From Chiloscyllium plagiosum (lineage: Eukaryota), in contig NC_057754.1 in the NCBI RefSeq assembly GCF_004010195.1, positions 7,223,906-7,287,905 of the forward strand: 64,000 nucleotides of DNA, written 5' to 3'. This document shows, in pieces, positions 1 through 11,100 of this stretch. The notes under the pieces are model-generated. The model was given only the letters and a program-made list of their open reading frames with translations. It was not told the DNA's origin and made no database searches. Positions within the stretch are counted from its first letter, which is position 1; each line of letters begins with the position of its first letter. A program made the position numbers and the translations under genes.

Positions 1-77
1 GGTGGGGGGGTGGGGGGAGATGGTGGCGGGGGGGTGTTTGGTGAATGGATGTGGGCTCTCCCAGAGCTGCTGTTTTC

Positions 78-1163
78 CTAAATGGAGGGGACCAGGCTCG
101 GTTGCTCCTTCTGGAAGGGTGCTCTCCCAATCTTGGGAACCACTTGCTCCCGCTGACAACCAGCTTCCAGTTCGTGATCCATGGTCGCTCCTGGTGGAAT
201 GATGGCCTCCAGATGAGGGACAGTGCTCACTGTCCCTGGGCTGTGGGATCCTGTCTTTGAGGGTTCAGTCTCTGGGGGGTCACTGACTCCCTGCAGAGTG
301 ACGGCTCCAGGTTTTGGGGGTTCAGTCTCTGGGGGGTCACTGACTCCCTGCAGAGTGACGGCTCCAGGTTTTGGGGGTCCAGTCTCTGGGGAGTCACTGA
401 GTCCCTGCAGAGTGACGGCTCCAGGTTTTGGGGGTCCAGTCTCTGGGGGGTCACTGACTCCCTGCAGAGTGACAGCCTCAGAATCTGAGGGTCCAGTGGC
501 TCTCAGTGGAATGTCGGCCCCACAGTTTGAGAGCTCAGATTTCTCAGGTTCGGGTGACTCTATGAGAGGTGGGAGGTTAGGAATAAGGGGTTCAAATACT
601 CCAACAGGAGTGACCGCTTCTGAGGCTGGAGGGTCAGATTCCGGGGATTCGGAATCCTCCAGTTCAGAAACATCCATTTCCGACTCCTGCTGTTCCGATT
701 CCCCGACCTCGGACTCCTGGTCTTCAGATCCCTCCTCGTTTTCCGAGTCGTCATCTTCGGACTCCTCGGTTTCGGATTCCACGATTTCCGATCCTTGGGG
801 ATCGGGGCTTTGCTCGTGAGGAATCGGTTCAGATTCCTCAAGTTCAGAGTCCTGAGGCTGAGCTCCCTGGGACTCGGGATCCTGACGCTCGGAATCCAGG
901 AGTTCAGATCCCCGGGAATCGTATCCCTGGAGTTCGGATTTATCAGGTTCGGAGTCAATGGCTCCAGATTTCCGAAATTCACGTTTGTCGGGTGCCAACT
1001 CCTGGACCTCACATTTCTCGATTTCCAATCCTTTGGATGTAGATTCCTGGTCTTCGGTGACCTGAGGAGGAATGTCTTCAGAACCAGGTATCGGATTTTG
1101 TGGTTCGTTGGACGCAGATGTCTTAAGTCCAGATGTTTCGAGTTCACATGTCTGGGCTCCAGA
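78..1163 (-). CDS. Large acidic, Ser/Glu/Pro-rich coding exon of an unidentified gene (5' end lost in the assembly gap)
   Basis: The ORF-track frame 78..1028 stays open upstream to the gap edge (SGAQTCELETSGLKTSASNEPQNPIPGSEDIPPQVTEDQESTSKGLEIE...), so more than 1080 nt without a stop. GC/CpG content is higher than the flanks and it contains an in-frame 19-aa repeat. No domain recognised. Confidence 0.55.
   Translation of the reverse strand, partial: SGAQTCELETSGLKTSASNEPQNPIPGSEDIPPQVTEDQESTSKGLEIEKCEVQELAPDKREFRKSGAIDSEPDKSELQGYDSRGSELLDSERQDPESQGAQPQDSELEESEPIPHEQSPDPQGSEIVESETEESEDDDSENEEGSEDQESEVGESEQQESEMDVSELEDSESPESDPPASEAVTPVGVFEPLIPNLPPLIESPEPEKSELSNCGADIPLRATGPSDSEAVTLQGVSDPPETGPPKPGAVTLQGLSDSPETGPPKPGAVTLQGVSDPPETEPPKPGAVTLQGVSDPPETEPSKTGSHSPGTVSTVPHLEAIIPPGATMDHELEAGCQREQVVPKIGRAPFQKEQPSLVPSI
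249..476 (-). repeat. 57-bp coding minisatellite, 4 copies (AVTLQGVSDPPETGPPKPG)
   Basis: Four near-identical 57-nt units, in frame with ORF 78..1163. Confidence 0.95.
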
Positions 1164-1164
1164 T

Positions 1165-1664
1165 NNNNNNNNNNNNNNNNNNNNNNNNNNNNNNNNNNNN
1201 NNNNNNNNNNNNNNNNNNNNNNNNNNNNNNNNNNNNNNNNNNNNNNNNNNNNNNNNNNNNNNNNNNNNNNNNNNNNNNNNNNNNNNNNNNNNNNNNNNNN
1301 NNNNNNNNNNNNNNNNNNNNNNNNNNNNNNNNNNNNNNNNNNNNNNNNNNNNNNNNNNNNNNNNNNNNNNNNNNNNNNNNNNNNNNNNNNNNNNNNNNNN
1401 NNNNNNNNNNNNNNNNNNNNNNNNNNNNNNNNNNNNNNNNNNNNNNNNNNNNNNNNNNNNNNNNNNNNNNNNNNNNNNNNNNNNNNNNNNNNNNNNNNNN
1501 NNNNNNNNNNNNNNNNNNNNNNNNNNNNNNNNNNNNNNNNNNNNNNNNNNNNNNNNNNNNNNNNNNNNNNNNNNNNNNNNNNNNNNNNNNNNNNNNNNNN
1601 NNNNNNNNNNNNNNNNNNNNNNNNNNNNNNNNNNNNNNNNNNNNNNNNNNNNNNNNNNNNNNNN
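1165..1664. other. Assembly gap (500 N)
   Basis: Run of N; the round length suggests a placeholder size. Confidence 1.
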
Positions 1665-1687
1665 TTTTCCAGCAACACATTTTCAGC

Positions 1688-1840
1688 TCTTAACCCTCAA
1701 AGTGCCAGCATTCTGACAGCAGCGTTTTGTATTAACCCTCACACACAGTAAGCAGTCTGATAACAGTGTGCTGTATTAACCCTCACACACAGACAGCAGT
1801 CTGATAGCAATCTGCTATGATCACCCCCTCAGTGAGCAGT
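1688..1840. repeat. Degenerate tandem repeat of about 44 bp (ttaaccctcacacacag...agcagtctgata)
   Basis: Three to four imperfect units visible directly. Confidence 0.7.
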
Positions 1841-1894
1841 TCATTTGAAGTGAATTGTGCCCAGCAGATCAGCCTGTTCCAGGGTTCTGTACTG

Positions 1895-2113
1895 GAAATG
1901 TGTTGCTGGAGAAGCGCAGCAGGTCAGGCAGCATCTAGGGAACAGGAGAATCGACGTTTCGGGCATTAGCCCTTCTTCAGGAATCATTCCTGAAGAAGGG
2001 CTAATGCCCGAAACGTCGATTCTCCTGTTCCCTAGATGCTGCCTGACCTGCTGCGCTTCTCCAGCAACACATTTCCATCTCTGATCTCCAGCATCTGCAG
2101 ACCTCATTTTCTC
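1895..2113 (+). mobile_element. Penelope-derived palindromic element (family P1) with two hammerhead cores
   Basis: Perfect 92-bp inverted arms 1893-1984 and 1986-2077. 18-bp direct repeat ttccagggttctgtactg at 1877-1894 and 2114-2131. CTGAAGA-A-GGGC-TAAT-GCCC-GAAA-CGTC core in each arm. Confidence 0.85.
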
Positions 2114-2251
2114 TTCCAGGGTTCTGTACTGCCAGGGGTATTATTAGCATTTTTCTGTTTACATGTTTCTGTGTTCTTATCCTCCCAGGACACCCGAAAC
2201 ACTTCAGTTGGACAAATAAATACAGCATTCGGCCGTTTCTGAAAGAAAAAC

Positions 2252-2257
2252 TTTATT
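2252..2257 (-). terminator. Candidate distal poly(A) signal (AATAAA) of NXF1
   Basis: tttatt on the plus strand. On the minus strand it is preceded by AU-rich sequence and followed by a GU/U-rich tract (GCTGTATTTATTTGTCC, about 2210-2226). It sits at the edge of the repeat-free block. Confidence 0.6.
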
Positions 2258-2464
2258 TACAAACTGATGATTAATCCTTGTTTTTCAAAGAAATGAGAAT
2301 ATTACAATGTAGTAAAATGAAATTTTACAGCAAATTGGACCACACTGTAAAAGCAGACTCTTATAATAGTATATTAACTATATGTATTTTACTGCAAGAT
2401 GCTCTAACATAAACAAAGTCGCAAAATTGACAAAAAGGAGAGGGACCCATACTGGACTGTTACA

Positions 2465-2522
2465 TTAAGGACTGCATTTTCATGATATGTAAGATTTCAC
2501 TGCAGGGTCAAGGTTCAGACAC
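2465..2522. repeat. Dispersed element of about 60 nt, copy A
   Basis: Matches 4225-4289 in two blocks (21 nt and 32 nt, one mismatch each). Confidence 0.9.
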
Positions 2523-4224
2523 AGGCTGTGGGACGGTGGCATGCTGGCAATGGAAGGTGAACAGCAGGAAGCTCAGGGCAGGACATCGCCCAAGGACAGG
2601 CAGAGTACTCAGGAGGCCGTTCTGGTCGGCTGCAGCCATGCAACTCTCAGGAAGTTCCCTCATCGAGAAGGGGTAGCTTCAAACGCGACTCAGGCATGTC
2701 AACGAATGGAGGCCCGTGACCGGGGGGCGGGTGAGGGTAACGGAAGGTCCAACCACGAAGCTCCCCCAGCTCTGGATAAGCAACTCAATCTTCACCCTCG
2801 AGGCACCAACACAGGATCCAACTCTGAACAGCGCAATCTGGAAACTGACCGACATCATGAGACTGTGTTTAAGGAGTAACTTGTAGGAGGCTACAGTTTT
2901 GCCTGCCGCTGCTGGAAGATGATGTGCATTTTCAGTGTTTCAGCAGCAAAGCAATTCCAGCCTTTGCTTCCTTTAGCTGTCACCTTCCAATAATCTCAAA
3001 AAAAAATTCAATGGACTTTTTAAAAAACCTTTTTTTTCCCCCCCGTGGGTCTCAGGTGCAGTCGGGTTAGGTATGCAGCAAAGCTCAAAGCAATGTAAGA
3101 TTATTAGCAACCTTCCTCCATACAAGACACTGTCAGCAACTTTCTCCCCCTCTGCACCTCAACCGATTCTCAAATCATTGAAAACTCTGGCAGTCGACTA
3201 ACTGGTAGTCTAGGGCATTTCACCATGAGAACTCAAAGGACGGTAAAATTGCACCAAGTATGGGAGTGCCAGCAGGCCAAAACCAATTCAGCTTTCTCCC
3301 GTTGCCAGCTCACAGTGTAAGACATCCAAAGTAGAGACCATGGCATCTCGCACTGTGAGCTATTCAGGGGTAGCAGAAGTCGGTGAGCCAATGGCTGCAT
3401 CAGTCCCCAGCAGCTTCGAGCAGTTCGTGCCGAAGTGAGGCACATAGTTAGCAACCTGATGCTATCATTCAAACTGCAAGGTGTCTGATCTGGGCAGGAC
3501 CAAAAAAAAACCCAAAAAGGTGCAAGGTGAGGAATTAAATTCCAAAACACTCCTTCCGTTCACCCCCCCCCCCCAGGATAAACAACAAATCACAACAGTC
3601 CAATGTGTGTCACCTACACAATAACAGGCATTAAAGCATTCCGTTCTGTTGGCTAGCAGACCATCAAAAATCGACATTTCTACCCCAACTCCCCACCACC
3701 CCAAGCCTTCCTTGACTCACTTCTTTCTGAAAATCAGTGTTGCACACACCGCCCTGATCAAAGCAGTGGGAAGAAACCTGCCCCAGGAATCTCCCCGTTC
3801 TTGGGGCAGGCAAGGGCAAGGCAGTGTCATCTTCCATCGCTCTGGGTCAGGCCCCTGCCCAATGCATTTTTGAAATGAGATGGCAAAGTCAGCATGGGGC
3901 AGGGGCGCAGACACCAACCAAAAGCGACATAGTGCGCGCAGCGGCACTCGGTCACAAGTGACCGGCCAGCTATCATATGCAAAGGGTGGGGGAGGGGGGT
4001 GTGTGCAATCACTGAAGTGACAGCATAGTATGGATGGCTGGCGTAGGACACAAACTTTAGATAATAAACAGTGTAACGCTCATTTAGTCAGATAAACTAG
4101 ATGTGAAAGAAAAAAAAATACTGCTTTGGAGAATGCCATGCCATTTCCTGTTGTGTTAGGCAAGAACCCAGGCTATGAGTCCTGAACAATGTAAAGTCCC
4201 TCCTCCAGACTATTTCCTCGACGT

Positions 4225-4289
4225 TTAAGGTCTGCATTTTCATGAAAAGTGGCTTGCAAGATTTCACTGCGGGGTCAAGGTTCAGACAC
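4225..4289. repeat. Dispersed element of about 60 nt, copy B
   Basis: Matches 2465-2522; the central spacer differs (12 vs 5 nt). Confidence 0.9.
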
Positions 4290-5756
4290 CTCTGGTCCTC
4301 CTCTGGTGCCAAGAGGTAATCAATTACAAGCGCTGGATGCTGCATTTGAGAGAAGATGCCTTGAGGGATGACTGCGTGGCATCGGCTCGGCTGGAATTGT
4401 GACAAACTGCGGTCTGTGAGGTTTTTCAGGAATAAGTACAGAACCTGCCAAGAAACACACTGTGGCAACCCTCACAAGGCACGAGTCACAGACAGTTCCT
4501 CTTGCCCGGCAGGCGGCTATTCCGCGAGAAGAGGCAGCGCGTGGTTAGACTGACAGATATTGGATAGTGTGAACTGCAGGACATTGGATTTTTTTTAAAA
4601 TTAAAAGTCGCTCAGCCTTCATGACGGCGAGTGCGGAAGGGTAATGGACTTCCAATCGGGGGACTCGATGCACTGAGGGATGGGAGGGCAAATTTCAACA
4701 AGGACTTTTTCCCCCAATTGCCATGAAATAGGATAACCGTTAGCCAACAGGAGGGAAGGCGCACAATATCCATAAATCAATACAACTCAACAGTTTGAAA
4801 TTCTCGCCTCTCTCCACATCGGCTCAAACCTTCCCAAATTTATAGTTCACAAATGGCAAGAACCTGCTGTCAACCAATGAGGGAGCTGAGGCACAGAGAG
4901 AGATGGAGGGAGGATGAGCTTTTCACTTTTTTGGTATACATTGTTTAAAATAAATATATAAAGCATCGGCGATCATGGAGGGCATTATGGAACAGAAGCT
5001 GGGCTGTGCCAACAAACACCGAACTGCACTGTAAATCCTCAAGGCACATCATCTGGGCTGAGAGCACAAATCTAGCGTCCGACTGGTGAGCTAACGGGCT
5101 GGCTCCTTACGGCTCTTGTGCTCCTCTTTCCTCGAGTTAGTCGCTCAATGTGTGGGTTAAAACCAAATCCTGCCGGTCGCATGGAGGACTGAGTGAGCAG
5201 CAGCTGGTAGGTTCCACATCTGCTTGCGAGAGGTGGCTCATGACTGCATCCAAGCAGGTCAGAGACAATGCTAGTGCCAACCCCTGTGCCCACACAGGCA
5301 ATTCAACACCTGCCCGCAATACAAAAAGAGCTCCTTCATTCTTGGTTTTCCCATGAATAACCCACTGGAGATATGGTACAACACCCAAACAAGAAAAACA
5401 TTCAATTTTGCTCTTACACCAGAATATGAAAAGTATTAGGTGCTGGGGTAGTTCAGTGGGATTTTCAGAAGGGCAATTGGATTTAGAAAGAGTTTAATAA
5501 CAAGAGTGCACCACTTGGTGGATAAGGGTCAAAGTTCTGTTGGTAAACCTTCAACCAAATGAAGTGATGAGAGATTCTCAGGATAGACGGAAGGAAAGAC
5601 GGAAGGTGACCTTTCAGTGGCACCTGGGAAGTGTGGAGAGACTCCATGTGCTGCAGCCTGCAATACCACATCTCTTTATCAGGCTCAAAAAGGCCGTTAC
5701 AGATGATACAGGATCGGAAAACACAATAGCTCTGAATAACAGAGATTGTCGTTCAA

Positions 5757-5757
<1 letters not shown>

Positions 5758-5794
<37 letters not shown>
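5758..5794. repeat. (CA)n microsatellite
   Basis: Direct reading. Confidence 0.98.
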
Positions 5795-5796
<2 letters not shown>

Positions 5797-8060
5797 ATCC
5801 ACTTTCACAGCCCCATGAAAATTTCCACAACTCCACAGGCAAGCATTAGAAATGAGAGCTGCACGATCCAACCCAAACGACCCCCCCAGCCCCAACACAC
5901 ACATACGCAAGAGCTACTGTGACATGCCTGAGAGACTTTCCCTGGTGTTGCTGGCTAATAAAACATCAGCTAACTCTTGGTTAGGCTGAAGATCTATCAA
6001 CCTGGGCTTGCTCCACGCCTGGGTGAAACTCAGTGTCACTGGAATCGGAGTTTTCATTCTAAGGCCTTTCATACTGTACGTAGGCCCAGTGCTCAACCCA
6101 GGTACTAAAGGACCTGGAACAAAGGCCTCCAATCCCTGGACAATGAGTATGAGCAATCTGGCCAATCACTGGGGTTACTGAAGCTGTCGAGCCTGGTTTT
6201 CACTTCACTCGATGCTCACACCACATCGCGATCAAACATGGAAATCCTAGCCATGTATTGCCCCCTCAACCACCTTTTAGCCTACCTACCCACCCACCTT
6301 TCCCCAGCCTAACAGCTCCCCACCATCCCCAAATCCAACAACCCTTACCCAGCCGAACAGCTATCCCTCCGCCCACCTGAAAATATTCCTGCCCCTGTAT
6401 AACTTGCCCCCAACTCTAAGACTATCTGCAAGAAGCTGCCAACTCTTTCTCTCCTTTTCAGAACAGGAAGCGCCCAGGCTCTGCTCTCAGAAGAGCAGGA
6501 ATTCAGCACGAGACAGGCGATCAAAGGGCTCTACAGTGTGTTGTGGTACCTGAGCCAAGTTGAGAAGCTGGATGTACAGACCCATACAAACAGATGGATA
6601 CTAAACCTCTCAACTATTGATCTGGCCTAATATTTGGCCTAAAAACCTGGTTCCCCAACTAGGGAGCAACTTGTACATGAAAGTGCATGAAGGAGAGACA
6701 GCATTACGTAATGGTGCACAGCTAGGTTATCACCTCTGAGTGGCTTTACATGAATGAAATGGGGCTGGGGAGGGCTGCTTGAAATGCAAGGGAGGTGGTC
6801 CAAGTGGTTGGGGCCTAATGGTAGAGATGCAAAACACAGACCTGCAGCCACTAGAGTCTATTTTTTTTTTTAAAAAGCATGCACCCACATTTCACCATTT
6901 TGACATTCCCTTTTACTGGTGGGGTAACTTCTTCAGCCTGGGTCACAAAGCCAGCCCCTTCCCCCTTGACAGTGGAAGGATTGTGGCTGAATGCTAAACG
7001 CTGGAGACATGAACCAGCTCCAGGCAGGAACTAGAATGGGGATGGCTATTTGTCAAGACAAGACTGCATTTAAAAGCTTTCACTATGTGAATAAAGGGCG
7101 ATTTTTTTAAAAAAGGCGTCCAAAATGGGCAAGGGAAACGGAGGTGAAAGCTGTGATAATCTGATCAATGGGGGTGATGAGTTCCTGTTTGTTTACCATT
7201 CTCGGTTGGGGGGGGTCCCTGGATCCTGGGATAAGAGCCCAGTTTGCCTGAGTGGAACAACTGAAGATAAGCAGCCAGGATTTAAAGCTCAGAAAAGTTA
7301 AGCAAATACAACATTTGCTTAGTAGGGAACCAAGTGGACGGTTTGCTGCTTTGAGTCGCTAGATGTCATAAAGACGACTGCCGAACAAATTTAGGGGAGT
7401 CCAGTCAGTCTAAGGTGGTGGTGAAGTGCCACCTGCTTCCCACACTAATGTGCAAACTCACCGGAGATTCCATAGCACTCCAAGCGATGTGGTTTAACAA
7501 CGCCTACTTCTTTAAAAAAAATGACAAAAGCAGCCATGGGAGTGGGGTGAAAGGTCGCTGCTCCACTGTAGTATGATGGCAAGTCGAGAACAGGCAACAG
7601 GTTCACCCGATCACCTCCACTCACCACATACTACTGGAGTCGACAAGCCCAGAGTCCTGTACAACCCCCAACCCTTAGAAAGCCCGATTATCACTCAGCA
7701 GGTAAGGAAGATTTCTACCTCCAAATTTCTCGTGAAGCTCAACAAAACTATCCCCATTTCTATACCCCCCCCACCCCCCAAAAAATCTGTTGGAAAAACA
7801 CTGGCACAGACAATACACATAAGTCAAAGCTACAAGGACTCAGGAAAATACTTACACAATCTGACTTAGAAACACTAACTGCAGTGCATTAGTTTTTAAA
7901 AAATCATGAGTCTTATTGACAAGAAAAATTCACATTATACTTAACATATATCATTTATACCAACATTTAGCTCTTCTTAAAAAAAAAAATCATCCAGAGA
8001 CCCGGCTCTGATGGCTTTAAAAGCCTCGGGTCTGAAGGGGTAGTGTAACTCGTGCTTTCT

Positions 8061-8105
8061 TCATAACTGCTTCACAAATGCTATTTCAGGAATTTTTCCT
8101 TCAGC
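8061..8105 (-). CDS. NXF1: NXF1 exon 21, coding part ([14 protein letters not shown])
   Basis: Acceptor ttttgcag; TGA at 8061-8063; UBA C-terminus. Confidence 0.95.
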   Translation of the reverse strand, partial: AEGKIPEIAFVKQL

Positions 8106-11100
8106 CTGCAAAAAGACAGAGTTAAAACCACAAAAAAAGTAATGAATCACCGACAACTCTGTTCACCGTACCACAGCTCAAAAAGACACTAAAATCATGC
8201 AGCGACTTAGACGTTCATCAGTTTTTTCCTATGCCACCTCTTTGGTTCTGGGAAGGTTAGCCAATCTCTACCCAGTTGGTAAACATAGATTGCAGCATAT
8301 GAGTCAACCATAAAATGATGGGACCCCAAAAAGATGTGTTTTTGCATATACCAGAAGTACATATCAACAACTTCCACCCAACCCTCTTTGGCTATGACAG
8401 GTTTTACTCCCATTAGGAGCCAGCCTCAGTTTCCCAATTCTCAAACGGATCCTTTCCTGGCCAGCACTTTCAAACTGCATGCAAGGGACTAAACCAGGCC
8501 GTATGGGCTGCGTTGCAAAAATCCAAGACACGGTCATGTGGAACGAATGACAAAGATGGGAGACCATCTAATATTTGCACTTGCCACAGCATCCCCCCGC
8601 CCCCCCTCCTCCCCCCCCATTCCCATTTTGGAGGGGATTTTCAAAGCCTTCTTCAACATCCACAGTAACTCATGGATTACACTGCATTATCGGACACAGC
8701 TCCACACCATTTACAAGCTGCCTCCTCCTATCGATGGAGTCGCTTGCTGGAGATTGTGGGAAATCACTGGAGACCTGTCGAAAGAGTACTATCCTTTCCA
8801 CAGGCTGTATTCCAATCTCTGAGAAGTGGTGTGGAGTCTTAAAGTATCATTAAGCAGGTCACCTAGAAAGGCCTTTAGGCCTAAAATACCACTTCAATGA
8901 AGATGGATGTCCAACAGTATGCATAGAAAATACATTGGAAGGACTTATTTCACTTGAAGGAAAATATTCATCCTTATTAAGTAGGTAAGCAGAGAGCAAT
9001 TTATCAGGCACAAGCTCAGGGGAAGCTGCATTAAACCCTGCGTTTTACCTTCAAAATGGCTCAACTGGATTATCCCACTGGACACAAGGATCTTTTCAGG
9101 ACTTTTTGGCCTTCTAATCCTCGCACTAAAATATTTTAATAAACTTACCTTAAGTTGTGTGAAGATTTGGGCAGCTTGATTGAAGTCCCACTCGTTGTCT
9201 TGGAGACACCTGCAGGAAGACAAGAGGAAAACAAGATTTTGGAGTCCAGTTACGGAAAAGACAGGGGAAGCAGGAATGGAGAAAACTCTGAAGGCACAGG
9301 TACTGGCAAGATATCGGGGGAAAACAGCCAGTTGTTGCAGGAAAAGGAAGAGGCCATGAAGGGAGATCACAGCTATTTTGTGATTACTCCGCCTACCTTG
9401 ACTCTTCATGCTCTTGGCTGACAAAAACATATCAACCTCACAGTGAACATCATCAGCTGAGCACTTTCTACCTTTGTGGATCCATGTTCCACTCCACTTT
9501 CTCCACCACCCTCTGCCTGACTCTGACCTGAAGGTTACATCACACCTCTTCCCTACAACAGAAATTTCCTTTCTAAAGCCCAGAAGCTTCAAACAAAATA
9601 ACTCTCAACCGTTTCCATAACAGAGAATGTGAGCCTAGTTTGTACAATCTCTAATTTAACCCTCCAACATCCAGGAAACATCTTGGTCAATCTATTGCGC
9701 ATTCCCTCCAACATAGAGAATATCGTTTCCATGAGGTGGTCTGATCAGGGCTTTGTATGATGCTATAGACCTCCAAATGTAAGGGCTCATATTTCATGAG
9801 CCTTTTAGAACTTTGTTTGGGATGGACTAAGTTCTCAGACCCAATATGGTTGTGTGCCAATGTTCCTTACTTTCCAAAAAAGAAAAACCAGATATATCTT
9901 TTTTTTGATACAAAATGCATGACCTGGGCTAAAAATCCACATGTCACAGTTTTGTTCATTCACTTATTCCAATGCATTTGTTCTTGTTTACAATGTCACC
10001 AGCAAACGTGTATAAAAGGCCCATTTCCTTATCACCCAAGTCATTAATAAACATTTTGATAGTTGGAGTCTTAGCGCAAACCCTTGCTAGCCACGTTCTT
10101 CCAACTGGAGAAGGCAACTCTGCTCTCCACCAACTAAGCAATCCTTTAACCAAATCAACATTTGTGCCTTCAACTACATGAACTTTAATTTGAACTTTGT
10201 CCCCACTGCAAACCTTTGTGATTGAAAGAGCTTTAGCTTTGACCAGGTACTACAAGACCAGGTTCACAATTGCTCTGAACACACTGTTGTGACTTTACTT
10301 TAGCAGGCTGCTCCACGACACAGCTCCATCCATGACAAAACGCATGGCGTTTTAATCCAGTGTCATCTTATATGGAGCTGGCTGATTCATTTGAGTAATA
10401 GGATCCTCTGCAATTGTGTACAGCATGGAAACATACCATTCGGCCCCAACTGGTCCGTGCCAGCATGAATGCTCTATAAAAGCCTTTTCCCTCCATGTCA
10501 GCACATTTCTCTACTGCCTTCGCCCTCATTCACCTCCCGCTAAAATGCCTCAACCAGTCTCTGTAGCAGCAAATTCACAATGCCCTATACTCTGGATAAT
10601 GTAATTTCTCATTTGTTCCTGTTGTTTTAATTTTATGGCCCCTTGTTTAGGTTCCTTTGTGAGTAGAGACATCTTCTTTACACATTCCCTATCCTACGTG
10701 CTCACAGATGTCAATCATGTCCCTTCATGGTCTTCCCTTTCCATGGCACCCCAGTCTGATTCTTCCCACCCACCTATATTACACCTCACCCCAAGTATCA
10801 AGCTACAACTGGTCAAGTTGATCTATCTCACTGTTTGACCTCTTGCCACTTTCCTTGTGCCCTGGCTTTTCTGTATTCGCTCCTACTTCCACTCCCCTCC
10901 TGAGTCATTAGGGTTAGAGTTTCATAGAATCCCTACAGTGGGAAAATAGGCCATTCGGCCCAACAAGTCCACACCAACCCTCTGAAGAGTAACCCACACC
11001 CAGACGCATTCCCCTACCCTATTACTCTACACATCCCCTGACTAATGCACCTAAACTTATACATTCCTGAACATAATTCACCTGACCTGCACATCTTTGG

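Larger units (their letters stand above)
2230..8060 (-). other. NXF1: Putative long NXF1 3' UTR (about 5.8 kb, no recognisable transposon)
   Basis: Lies between the stop codon (8061) and the AATAAA at 2252; I did not spot a nearer canonical AATAAA by eye. No SINE/LINE/PLE copies seen, unlike the introns. Confidence 0.5.

Noticed and set aside
223..819. Plus-strand 198-aa Ser/Gly-rich ORF
   Set aside because: Antisense shadow of the longer minus-strand ORF and its repeat.
560..1751. Long ORFs spanning the N run
   Set aside because: Artefacts of translating N; no evidence of coding continuity.
2494..2510. CAGUGA in the duplicated element as an iron-responsive element
   Set aside because: No 5-bp upper stem or bulged C around the hexamer.
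2465..2522. Duplicated element as snoRNA, SECIS or tRNA-like (mascRNA) RNA
   Set aside because: No C/D box pair, no two-hairpin H/ACA layout, no SECIS quartet with apical AA, and no T-stem closing the GGTTCAG motif.
8945..9592. 215-aa minus-strand ORF
   Set aside because: Only 9149-9209 is NXF1 exon 20; the rest is intronic read-through with no recognisable protein.
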